Positions 18,297 through 27,477 of a DNA stretch of 53,046 bases are shown here, one piece after another. The position numbers and the translations under genes are program-made. Positions within the stretch are counted from its first letter, which is position 1, and each line of letters begins with the position of its first letter. The notes under the pieces were generated by a model. That model was not told the origin of the DNA and did not search any database. It worked only from the letters and a program-made list of their open reading frames with translations. The stretch is from assembly GCA_016928955.1 (NCBI GenBank), contig JAFGJV010000056.1, forward strand, positions 1 to 53,046, in the 5' to 3' direction. The DNA comes from Spirochaetales bacterium. GTDB taxonomy: Bacteria > Spirochaetota > Spirochaetia > Treponematales > UBA12059.

Positions 18297-20219
18297 TCAG
18301 AGGTCAGCCAGGGCGCTCGCCACCTCTTCCCATTCGGCTGACAGGGCGGACAGGCGGGCCTCCGTCTGGGCAAGCTGGGCGCTCAGTTCCTTCATGCGAG
18401 CGCCGTCGGCGTAATTGCCGGGCAGGGCCATGGCGTCCATGGCGGCTTTTTTGCCGTCTTCCAGGGCTGCCATTTCGGCCAGGAGTTCGTCCTCGCGTTT
18501 GGCAAGCCGGTTCCTCTCGGCCTTGCGTTTTTTCTCCAGCGCGCGGTCGTCCCTTGTCGCTTCAGGCTGACCGGTCCTGGCTGGGCTGGTGGCCGCCAGG
18601 TCACCGTCCGCGGCCTTTTTGGCCAGATAGTACGTGTAGTCGCCCACAAACAGCCGTGGGGTCGACCCGCAGGACAGCTCCAGCACGCGGTCCGCAAGGC
18701 CCTCGATGAAGAAGCGGTCGTGCGACACGAACAGCACCGTGCCGGGAAAGCGCTTGAGAGCGTCCAACAGCACATCCTTTGAATCCAGGTCCAGGTGGTT
18801 GGTCGGCTCGTCCAGGATCAAAAGGTTGGCCGGATGCAGGAGCATCTTGAGCAAGGCCAGCCGCGAGCGCTCGCCGCCTGACAGCACGCGCACCGGCTTG
18901 TGCACGTCGTCGCCGCGGAACAGGAAGGCGCCGAGCAGGTTCCGTATGCTCGGGAGCAAGGCCGTGGGGCACGCGGACTCGGCCTCCTCCTCCACGGTCA
19001 GCTTGTCGTCCAGCTCGTCTGCCACGTCCTGTGAAAAATACCCCACGGTGATGCCGGTGCCCAAGCGGAGCGTTCCTTCGTACCCAGAGTCTCGGCCGGC
19101 CAGCACGCGCATGAGCGTGGATTTGCCCGCGCCGTTTTTGCCCACAAAGGCCATCTTGGCGCCGGACTCCACGGTCAGCGACAGCTCATCCACCACCGTC
19201 CGCTGGCCGTAGGCCCGAGACAGGTTTTCCAGGGTCAGGGCGACGCGGCCGCAGTGAGGGGGCGGCGGAAAGGAAAAATGGACGCGTTTCATGCCCTCGG
19301 GTATGACGATGGGCTCGATCTTGTCCAGCTGCTTGACGCGGCTCTGCACCTGGGCAGCCTTGGTTGCCTGGTAGCGGAAGCGGCGTATGAAGTCCTCAAG
19401 ATGGGCTATTTCTTCCTGCTGGGCCTGCCAGGCCTTGAACAGGGTGTCCAGTTCCTGGCGACGCTGGCGCTCGTAGGCCGAGTATGAGCCCGGGTAGCGC
19501 GACAGCCTGCCGTTCCACAGCTCGTAGGTTTCCCGGGTTACGGCGTCAAGGAACGAGCGGTCGTGCGACACGACCAGGAAGCCGCCCTTGTACGCTATCA
19601 GGAAGCGCTCCAGCCAGTCGCGGGCTTCCAGGTCCAGATAGTTGGTCGGCTCGTCCAGGAGCATGATGTCCGGATTTTCCAGGATCACCTTGGCCAGGGC
19701 AACGCGCATCTGCCAGCCGCCGGACAGTTCGCCCACGGGCCTGTCCAGGGCGTCGGGCTCAAAGCCAAGTCCCGTGAGCACTTCCCGTATCCTGTCGGCG
19801 CGTCGGTAGTAGCCGGAGTCCGTGATGGCCTCGTCCAGGGCGTGGAAGCTGTCCAGGAGGGCTGACAGGCGGGAGTCGCCTTCCGATACCGTCTCCAGTT
19901 CCGTGCCCGTCCGGTCTCGATCGGCTATCAGGACCTCAACCGCCTGGTATGCCTTCTCGGCCTCCTCGAACACGGTGCAGCCCGAATACGCCTCCCCGGA
20001 CTGGGGCAGGTACGACACCCGGGTACCGCGCTGTATGGCGCGCTCGCCGGAGTCGGGCGGGAGCATTCCCGCGATGATGCGCATGAGGGTGGTTTTGCCC
20101 GCGCCGTTCGGCCCGGCCAACGCGGCCTTGGTGCTGGACGACATGTACAGGGCGGCGTCAGAGAGTATGTCCCGGGCGCCAAAGGCCAGGCCGACCCCGG
20201 TGAATTGGACAAAAGCCAT
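18297..20219 (-). CDS. ABC-F family ATPase
   Basis: Two ABC cassettes (GPNGAGKT, LSGGW, LLDEPTN; GKNGAGKS, LSGGE, LDEPTNHLD), no TM segments, C-terminal coil. Confidence 0.95.
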   Translation of the reverse strand: MAFVQFTGVGLAFGARDILSDAALYMSSSTKAALAGPNGAGKTTLMRIIAGMLPPDSGERAIQRGTRVSYLPQSGEAYSGCTVFEEAEKAYQAVEVLIADRDRTGTELETVSEGDSRLSALLDSFHALDEAITDSGYYRRADRIREVLTGLGFEPDALDRPVGELSGGWQMRVALAKVILENPDIMLLDEPTNYLDLEARDWLERFLIAYKGGFLVVSHDRSFLDAVTRETYELWNGRLSRYPGSYSAYERQRRQELDTLFKAWQAQQEEIAHLEDFIRRFRYQATKAAQVQSRVKQLDKIEPIVIPEGMKRVHFSFPPPPHCGRVALTLENLSRAYGQRTVVDELSLTVESGAKMAFVGKNGAGKSTLMRVLAGRDSGYEGTLRLGTGITVGYFSQDVADELDDKLTVEEEAESACPTALLPSIRNLLGAFLFRGDDVHKPVRVLSGGERSRLALLKMLLHPANLLILDEPTNHLDLDSKDVLLDALKRFPGTVLFVSHDRFFIEGLADRVLELSCGSTPRLFVGDYTYYLAKKAADGDLAATSPARTGQPEATRDDRALEKKRKAERNRLAKREDELLAEMAALEDGKKAAMDAMALPGNYADGARMKELSAQLAQTEARLSALSAEWEEVASALADL

Positions 20220-20223
20220 GCGC

Positions 20224-21570
20224 TTAGCGGTAGCGCGTAAAGCTGAGGGGGACGACCAGGCTGTCCGACGGCACGACCACCGATCCGGTCAGGGAACCCT
20301 CTGGCAGGTAGGCCAGCTCCAGGGACTCAGGCGTGGCGTTGTACAAGAAAGACAGGGATGGCCGGGACCCGCCGTCAAAATGGATGGTGAAGGCGCCCTG
20401 CCACTGGCTTTGCAGGGCCGGGTCCAGGTGCAGGTCCATGTCGATGTAGCCCATGTCGCCCGAGTCGGCCGGGATGATGTCCGGGGACAGGGCGTCGTGC
20501 CCCGCCCATGTGATCCTGGCCGAGCGCGTGATGACCAAGGATCCGTACTCCTGGCTTTCGAACAGCTCGCCGTCGGCCACCAGCGCCGACAGGAGGCCCT
20601 GGCGCCTGCGTTCCTCGGCCGCTATCACCTCCAAGGGGTCGTTCCGCTGTGGCACAAACACAAAGGAAACAGGTTTGCCGTTGTTGGCGGCTACAAGCTC
20701 GGGTTTCAGGTGTTCCGCCGGCGGCGTGAAAACGAGCTGGCCGGCCGTTGCCATCGATATGGTCGCTCCGGTCGAGCCAAGGGAGAAGACGCCCTTGCCC
20801 TCGGACACCAGGCGGTCGTAGTTGTAGCTCTTGGAGAAGTCCGGCCGCTCCACTCGTATCTGGTTTCGCAGGGGATCTGTGAACACCCCGAAGCGCGGTT
20901 TGTAGAGGTCCAGGTCGATGACGCCCGACTCCTCCATGGCGGCAAAGTAATCCGGGCGCCAGGTGCGCTCAAAGATGTCGTCTTCCCGGGCGTCGCGCTC
21001 CGCGGGAGCGGCAGTTGATGGGCGCAGGTCGGCGGCTGCGTCCCACACGGACAACTGGTTGGAAAAAACATAGCCGCGGGTGCCGTCGTCGGCCATGGCC
21101 AGGTACCATTCGCCCTTCAGGGTCCGGCCGCCGGTGGTGACCGGTTCGCCCTCCACCGACTGGAGCAGCTTGATGGTCTCGTTGGAGCGCAGGCGGTAGG
21201 TCTGGGCCGCCCGGTTGTTCGGTTCGTCCCTGAGTATGAGGCCGTCCCTGGACACCACGGCAAAAAGCGGCGCCATGGGCGCGAACTCGGCGGCGCGGTC
21301 CTGGGCGGCGCCTTTGCTTCCGGCCAGGTCCATGCGCCACAGTTCCAGCTCCTCCTTGGCCTTTGAACCGGGCACGCCAACGGCGTAGGTTTGCGTTATA
21401 TTGGACTTGAAGTACACGGGCACCGCCTGGCCGTAGCCCAGGGCCGAGCCCTCCGGTGGCCAGAGCACCACGCCCCAGCCAAGGGTGCGGGAGCAGGACG
21501 CGGCCAGGAGCAGCAACACGGACGCCGCGAGCGCGGCTGGCTTGAAATGGACGCGGGTGGCGGTCTTCAT
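20224..21570 (-). CDS. SH3-like domain lipoprotein, conserved hypothetical
   Basis: Leader ending LAASC; LILRDEP..YRLR..W..DGTRGYVFS SH3b-like segment. Confidence 0.75.
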   Translation of the reverse strand: MKTATRVHFKPAALAASVLLLLAASCSRTLGWGVVLWPPEGSALGYGQAVPVYFKSNITQTYAVGVPGSKAKEELELWRMDLAGSKGAAQDRAAEFAPMAPLFAVVSRDGLILRDEPNNRAAQTYRLRSNETIKLLQSVEGEPVTTGGRTLKGEWYLAMADDGTRGYVFSNQLSVWDAAADLRPSTAAPAERDAREDDIFERTWRPDYFAAMEESGVIDLDLYKPRFGVFTDPLRNQIRVERPDFSKSYNYDRLVSEGKGVFSLGSTGATISMATAGQLVFTPPAEHLKPELVAANNGKPVSFVFVPQRNDPLEVIAAEERRRQGLLSALVADGELFESQEYGSLVITRSARITWAGHDALSPDIIPADSGDMGYIDMDLHLDPALQSQWQGAFTIHFDGGSRPSLSFLYNATPESLELAYLPEGSLTGSVVVPSDSLVVPLSFTRYR

Positions 21571-21691
21571 GGTGTAGTTATACCCAAGCTTGGGCGTTTT
21601 GTCATCCGCGCGCGTGGCTGGCATCTTGCCTTGCCCGGCACGATGGGAGCATGATGTCCCTTTGACGCGCGTCATGCGTTGGGTTTTAATA

Positions 21692-21799
21692 GGGGACCTT
21701 TAAAAACGTCAGTTTTTAGAGGTCTTCCTTGGAAACCCTTGTGTTTTCGGCCGAAAACACAAGGGAACCTTAAAAACCATGGGGTTTTTAGAGGTTCCC
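21692..21799. mobile_element. 108-bp MITE/REPIN-like palindromic element, copy 2 (inverted relative to copy 1)
   Basis: GGGGACCTTTAAAAAC...GTTTTTAGAGGTTCCC; same three-hairpin layout; flanks AATA/AAAA. Confidence 0.8.
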
Positions 21800-21945
21800 A
21801 AAAGAGGTTCCGTCAGGATGTTGGAAAGCCCGACGCTTTCCAACGGACTGATGGAACGTGGTTGCGTGCCTGCCAAAAACGACATGGTTGTGCAGGGCCG
21901 CTGAATATTTCGCGCGGCGGCAACGGGCCGCGCGCCGGAGGTTTT

Positions 21946-23478
21946 GTGTCCGCCAACACCCAGGCCATCATCGAGATAGGCTCAACGGGCATCCGGCTCC
22001 TTGTGGCCACAACGAACCCGGACGGTTCGTTCGAGCCCCTGGACGGCGCCGGCAAGCCCGTCCAGCTCGGGCGGGACGTGTTCACGTCCGGTTCCATCAG
22101 CCGGGAATCCACGCAGGAGTGCATAGCCGTGCTCCGCGGCTTCCGCGAGCTCATCAAGGCCTACGGGGTGGCCCCGGAAGACGCCCGCGTGGTGGGCACG
22201 AGCGCCGTGCGCGAGGCGGAGAACCGCGACGCCTTTGTGGACCGGGTGGCCCTGCGCACGGGCTTTACCGTGGACATCGTAGAGGATATCGAAGAGAACC
22301 ACTACATGTACCTGGCCGTCCAGCATGCCCTGGGCGACGACGCGAAATTTTTCTCACGGGGCAACTCGCTGATCATCGAGGTTGGCGGCGGCTCCACCGA
22401 GCTCATGCTGCTCAGGCGCGGCCGCATTGTGGCCGCGCACTCCCTCAGGCTGGGCACCGTCCGCGCCGACGAGCGCACGCGCCTGGCCGTGGGCTCCACC
22501 GGCTTCCTGACCCGCTACCTGGAGGACAACGTCCGCACCACCTGCGACGCCCTTGAGGACGACCTGTCCCTGGCCGGCGTGCGTTCCTTCATCGTCATCG
22601 GGAGCGACGCCCGCTTTGCCGCCGGATTGGCAGGCATGGAAGGGCGCTCGGAATACCGGCTGATCCCCAAAGCCGCCTTCCTGGACCTGGTGGACCGCCT
22701 CAAGGGCATGAGCGCGGAATCCATAGTGGCCGAGTACCACCTGCCGTACACGGAAGCCGAGGCCCTGCTGCCCGGCCTCCTCATAACCAGCCTGTTCCTG
22801 GAGAGGACCAGCGCGGAGGAGATCGTCGTACCCAGCGTGTCCATACGGGAAGGCATCCTTATAGCCATGGCCGGAGGCAAGCGGGCCGAGATAGAGGACG
22901 AGATGAAGCGCCAGGTGCTGGCCTCGGCCCTGAACCTCGGCCGGCGCTACCGCTTTGACGAGGCTCACGCCCTGCACGTGGCGGCCCTGTCGCTCTTTCT
23001 CTTTGACGGCCTTTCTGGCCTGCACGGCATGGGCGCCAGGGAGCGGCTGTTTCTGGAAACGGCGGGCATACTCCACGACATAGGCACCTTCATCCGCGTC
23101 AGCGGCCACCACCGCCATTCGGAGTACATAGTACAGAACTCTGAAATCTTCGGTCTCCAGCGCGACGAGCTGGCCATCATAGCAAACCTGGTGCGCTACC
23201 ACCGCAAGGCCGGCCCCGACCATTCACATCCCGGCTACATGGGGCTGCCCCGGGAAGACCGGGCCGCCGTGCTCAAGCTGGCCGCCATCCTGCGCGTGGC
23301 GGACTGCCTGGACCGAGGGCACGCCCAGCGCGTCAACCTGACGGGACTGGAGATCAAGGAGGACGCCCTGGCGCTGCGGACGGAAGGCCAGGCCGACCTG
23401 GCTTTGGAGCGCCTGTCCCTGGCGGACAAGGGAGAGTTGTTTGAGGACGTGTTCGGCCTCAAGGTGTCCGTCCTATGA
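21946..23478 (+). CDS. ppx: Ppx/GppA exopolyphosphatase with HD domain
   Basis: IEIGSTGIRL, GTSAVREAEN, IEVGGGSTE, REG, LHDIG, RYHRK; GTG start after GGAGG. Confidence 0.92.
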   Translation: MSANTQAIIEIGSTGIRLLVATTNPDGSFEPLDGAGKPVQLGRDVFTSGSISRESTQECIAVLRGFRELIKAYGVAPEDARVVGTSAVREAENRDAFVDRVALRTGFTVDIVEDIEENHYMYLAVQHALGDDAKFFSRGNSLIIEVGGGSTELMLLRRGRIVAAHSLRLGTVRADERTRLAVGSTGFLTRYLEDNVRTTCDALEDDLSLAGVRSFIVIGSDARFAAGLAGMEGRSEYRLIPKAAFLDLVDRLKGMSAESIVAEYHLPYTEAEALLPGLLITSLFLERTSAEEIVVPSVSIREGILIAMAGGKRAEIEDEMKRQVLASALNLGRRYRFDEAHALHVAALSLFLFDGLSGLHGMGARERLFLETAGILHDIGTFIRVSGHHRHSEYIVQNSEIFGLQRDELAIIANLVRYHRKAGPDHSHPGYMGLPREDRAAVLKLAAILRVADCLDRGHAQRVNLTGLEIKEDALALRTEGQADLALERLSLADKGELFEDVFGLKVSVL

Positions 23479-25592
23479 GCTCACGACCAGCCCCCGGATG
23501 TTACGTATCGCGCGAGCTGTCGTGGCTGGATTTCAACATGCGCGTGCTGGAGGAGGGGCTGGACCGCTCGGCGCCCCTCCTTGAGCGCCTGCGCTTTCTC
23601 TGTATCGTGGCCAGCAACTTTGACGAATTTTTCATGGTCAGGGTGGCCGCCCTCAAGGCCAGGCTGCGTTCCGGAGACCTGGAGCCTGATTTGGCCGGCA
23701 AGGGGCCTGAGGAACTGCTGTCGGCCATCACCCGCAGGACCAGGGAAATCGTGGGAAAGCAGTACGCCTGCCTGTCGCACGAGCTCGTGCCTGCCCTGGC
23801 TGGAGCGGGGCTCAGGATAGTCAGGCCCGAGCAGTACGGCCCCCTGGAAGAGCTGTGGCTGGAGGGGTATTTCTCAGAACAGGTGGAGCCGGCCCTCACG
23901 CCGCTGGGGGTGCCGATAGAAGGCGACTCGTTCCCGTCCACGGGCAACATGAGGATCCACGCGGCGTTTCTCCTCTGCCCGCCCGAGGGGCCTCGGCGCC
24001 TGGCCATTGTCCAGGTGCCGGCTAATCTGAGCCGCTTTGTCATGCTGCCGCCCACGGAGACCAAGGACGTGCGCTACGCCCTCCTGGACGACCTGGTGCT
24101 GGCCTTCGGCCACAGGCTGTTCCCCGGCCAGACCGTGGTGGAACGGACTTTGTTCAAGGTGACCAGGGACGCCGACATAGGCGTGGACGAGGACCGCGAC
24201 GACGATTTTGTGGCGGCCATGGAGGAGATCCTGGTCAACCGGCAGAACTCGTGGCCGGTCCGCCTGACCATCAGCGAGGATTCGGAGCTGGTGGGAGCCA
24301 TGGTGGCAAAGGCTCTAGGCTTGGGCGACGACGACGTGTACGTGCTCGCCGGGCCCGTGGACCTCAAAGGCTTCATGGAGCTGGTCGAGCTCAAGGGCTT
24401 TGAGCGCCTGCGCTACGTGCAGAGGAGCGGCGCCGTTGTGTGGTCCCCCGCCGACGAGGCGACCATCTGGGACGATATCAGGCGCAAGGACATACTGCTC
24501 CACGTGCCCTACGAATCCTTCAGCCCGCTGGTCAGCTTTGTGGACGCGGCCAGCAGGGACCCGAACGTCCTGGCCATCAAGATGACCCTGTACCGCGTGT
24601 CCGGGGATTCGCCCGTGGTCAAGGCCCTGACGAGGGCCGCTCGGGCAGGCAAGCAGGTCAGCGTGGTTGTCGAGCTCAAGGCCCGCTTTGACGAGGAGCG
24701 GAACATAGCGTGGGCGTCGCGGCTGGAGCAGGCTGGCGCCATAGTGGTGTACGGGGTTGCCAGGCTCAAGGTGCACGCCAAGGCCCTCCTGGTCATACGC
24801 CGGGAAGAGGACGGCTCGGTCCGACGCTATGTCCACCTGTCAACGGGCAACTACAACGAGAAAACCGCGCGGCTGTACGCCGACCTGTCCCTGTTCAGCG
24901 CCGACCAGGCCCTGGCGTCCGACCTGGGCATGTTTTTCAACATGCTGACCGGCCTGTCAGCGCCCGTGGAACTCAAGACCCTGGGCATGGCGCCCTTTGA
25001 CCTCAAGCGTCGCCTGCTTTCCATGATAGAGCGCGAGACGGGCCGTAGCACGCCGGAGTCGCCGGGCATGATAGCGGCCAAGGTCAACTCCCTGTGCGAC
25101 AAGGACATGATAGACGCCCTCTACCGCGCGTCCGCCGCCGGCGTGCGCGTGCTCCTCAACGTGCGGGGCGTGTGCCAGTTGTTGCCGGGAGTGAAGGGTC
25201 TATCGGAAAACATACGCGTGGTGTCCATACTCGGCCGCTACCTGGAGCACGCCCGGATAGCCTATTTTCGGAACGGCGGCGCCGAGGAGCTGTACCTGTC
25301 CAGCGCAGACTGGATGCCGCGCAACCTTGAACGCAGGGTTGAGCTCCTGTTCCCCGTGGCATCTGGGGATGCCCGGGAGCGCGTGTACGACATACTGATG
25401 TCCTATTTCATGGACAACCAGGCCGCGCGGGTCCTCGGGCCGTCCGGCCACTGGAAACGCGTGAAGCCCGCCGAGGGCGAGGAGCCCTTCAGCGCCCAGA
25501 ACTATTTTCAGACCGTGCTGGACGGGCGCGCCAGGAACCGCGACGAGGGACGGCCAGAGGAAGCGCTTCAGGTACGGCGGCGCCTTCCCTGA
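23475..25592 (+). CDS. ppk1: Polyphosphate kinase 1
   Basis: RELSWLDFNMRVLEE, DEFFMVRVA, IKMTLYR, ELKARFDEE.NI, KVHAK, GRYLEHARI, SSADWMPRNL; 4-bp overlap with ppx. Confidence 0.97.
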   Translation: MSSRPAPGCYVSRELSWLDFNMRVLEEGLDRSAPLLERLRFLCIVASNFDEFFMVRVAALKARLRSGDLEPDLAGKGPEELLSAITRRTREIVGKQYACLSHELVPALAGAGLRIVRPEQYGPLEELWLEGYFSEQVEPALTPLGVPIEGDSFPSTGNMRIHAAFLLCPPEGPRRLAIVQVPANLSRFVMLPPTETKDVRYALLDDLVLAFGHRLFPGQTVVERTLFKVTRDADIGVDEDRDDDFVAAMEEILVNRQNSWPVRLTISEDSELVGAMVAKALGLGDDDVYVLAGPVDLKGFMELVELKGFERLRYVQRSGAVVWSPADEATIWDDIRRKDILLHVPYESFSPLVSFVDAASRDPNVLAIKMTLYRVSGDSPVVKALTRAARAGKQVSVVVELKARFDEERNIAWASRLEQAGAIVVYGVARLKVHAKALLVIRREEDGSVRRYVHLSTGNYNEKTARLYADLSLFSADQALASDLGMFFNMLTGLSAPVELKTLGMAPFDLKRRLLSMIERETGRSTPESPGMIAAKVNSLCDKDMIDALYRASAAGVRVLLNVRGVCQLLPGVKGLSENIRVVSILGRYLEHARIAYFRNGGAEELYLSSADWMPRNLERRVELLFPVASGDARERVYDILMSYFMDNQAARVLGPSGHWKRVKPAEGEEPFSAQNYFQTVLDGRARNRDEGRPEEALQVRRRLP

Positions 25593-25602
25593 GCGGGGAG
25601 CG

Positions 25603-27144
25603 TCAGGCCAGGCGGCCGTACAGGCCGGACAGGTCGCGCAGCTCCTGTGCCAGCGCGGCCGTCAGCTGGCCCGTCAGCAGGCGCCATTCCCAGTTGCCGC
25701 CCAGGGTGCTGGGCGTGTTCATCCGCGCCGACTTGCCCAGGCCGAGCAGGTCCTGGACGGGGAAGACCGAAAAATCGGCCACGCTTTTCATGGCCTCGCG
25801 CATGAGGGCGCGCACGCGGTCGGCGGGGCTGTACCCGAGGTACAGGTCGACGGCAGACAGCTCGGCAGGGGTGGCGCTTTCAAGCCAGCCGGCCATGGTG
25901 TCGTTGTCGTGGGTGCCGGTGTACACCACGGACGCGGTGTTGTAGTTGTGCGGCAGGAAAGGATTGGCGGGATTCAGGCCCGATTCGCGAGCGTCAAAAG
26001 CGAACTGCAGTATCCGCATGCCCGGAAGGCCGAACTCGTCGCGCAGGGCGCGAACCTCGTCGGTAATGAACCCCAGGTCCTCGGCTATGATCGGAAGGCC
26101 GCCGCCCAGCCGTTCCCTGAGAGCTGCCAGGAGAGCCTTGCCCGGCGCCGGTCTCCACGTGCCCTCTCTGGCTGTCTTCTTGCCGGCAGGCACGGCCCAA
26201 TACGCGTCCAGGCCGCGGAAGTGGTCGATACGGACGATGTCGTAGAGCCGTAAGGCCGCTTCCACCCTGGACAGCCACCAGGAAAAACCGTCCGCGGCGT
26301 GCCTGTCCCAGGCGTACAGAGGATTGCCCCACAGCTGGCCGTCGGCGGAAAAATAGTCTGGCGGCACACCGGCCACCTCGTTGGGTCTGCCGCTGGAATC
26401 CAGGTCGAACAGCTCTGGCCGCGACCACGCGTCGGCTGAGTCCATGGCCACAAAGATGGGCAGGTCCCCGATTATCTGTATGTTTCGCGCGGCCGCCTTG
26501 GCCTTGAGAGCGTCCCATTGACGGTAGAACAAAAACTGGGCCGCCTTGCGGACCTGGAGGTCGCCTGACCGTTCGGAACGCCGGCGCTCGAGAGTGGCCT
26601 CGTCCCTGCCTGCGTAGGCTGGCGGCCAGTACGCGTTCCACGACGAGTCGCGGATACCCTCGGCCGATGCCCTGGCGTCGTATTCTTCCTTGATGTCCAT
26701 GAAGAGAACGAAGTCGTCCAGCCAGAACGAGTGCTCCCGCGTAAAGGACGTGAACGCCGCGCGGTCTGCCGTGCCCGCGCCGGCCACAAAACGCTCGGCG
26801 GCGCTCCTGACGAGCCGCTTGCGCCGGGGAATGAGGGAGCCGTAATCCACCGCGCCTGTCTGGGGTACGCGCTCGGCGGCCAGCTCGGCAGCCGATATCA
26901 GTCCGTCGGACAAGAGGAATTCCGGCGATATGAGCAGCTCATTGCCGGCGAAGGACGAGAACGGCGCGTATGGCGAGTCTCCATAGCCTGTCGGGCCAAG
27001 GGGAAGAACCTGCCACACGCCTTGTCCGGCATCGGCCATCCAGTCCAGAAAACGTTCCGCCTCCGGACCGAGGTCGCCTATGCCAAAGTCTCCGGGGAAG
27101 GAGCTGGGGTGTATGAGTATGCCGCTGCATCGTCTGGCGTTCAT
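25603..27144 (-). CDS. malQ: 4-alpha-glucanotransferase (amylomaltase, GH77)
   Basis: WQVLPLGP, DSPY, GVPPDYFS..GQLWGNPLY, RIDHFRG, IAEDLG, YTGTHDNDT. Confidence 0.96.
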   Translation of the reverse strand: MNARRCSGILIHPSSFPGDFGIGDLGPEAERFLDWMADAGQGVWQVLPLGPTGYGDSPYAPFSSFAGNELLISPEFLLSDGLISAAELAAERVPQTGAVDYGSLIPRRKRLVRSAAERFVAGAGTADRAAFTSFTREHSFWLDDFVLFMDIKEEYDARASAEGIRDSSWNAYWPPAYAGRDEATLERRRSERSGDLQVRKAAQFLFYRQWDALKAKAAARNIQIIGDLPIFVAMDSADAWSRPELFDLDSSGRPNEVAGVPPDYFSADGQLWGNPLYAWDRHAADGFSWWLSRVEAALRLYDIVRIDHFRGLDAYWAVPAGKKTAREGTWRPAPGKALLAALRERLGGGLPIIAEDLGFITDEVRALRDEFGLPGMRILQFAFDARESGLNPANPFLPHNYNTASVVYTGTHDNDTMAGWLESATPAELSAVDLYLGYSPADRVRALMREAMKSVADFSVFPVQDLLGLGKSARMNTPSTLGGNWEWRLLTGQLTAALAQELRDLSGLYGRLA

Positions 27145-27212
27145 GGTCGACTCCACTTAGGGCCCGGCTGGCGCATTGCTCGGAAGACGGTGGCCAACTC
27201 AGGCTAGCTATA

Positions 27213-27241
27213 TGTATAAAACCGGTTTAGCAATTTGTCAA
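27213..27241 (-). promoter_or_regulatory. malQ promoter with a LacI-type operator in the spacer
   Basis: Minus strand TTGACA-N17-TATACA; spacer contains palindrome AAACCGGTTT (27219-27228). Confidence 0.55.
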
Positions 27242-27477
27242 AGGGGTGGGGAAGAATTTCTTGTTCTACGCGCATCCGGCGGCGCAAAGTGCCGTGGACT
27301 GGGCTACAATTCGCCGCCTGAGCGTATTCGAGCATTCAACGGGCCACATTTGCCTTCCATTGGCGCAATCATGACTTGCGTTGGCATGGCATCGGTGTTA
27401 GCATATATGTCCCACGCGAGAACGCACAACGTGCGTTTCACGCATATCAGAACCACAAATCCGTTCAAGGAGGACGT

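Noticed and set aside
21679..21945. 89-aa N-terminal extension of Ppx
   Set aside because: It is a translation of the repeat element; GTG at 21946 has an SD and matches the family start
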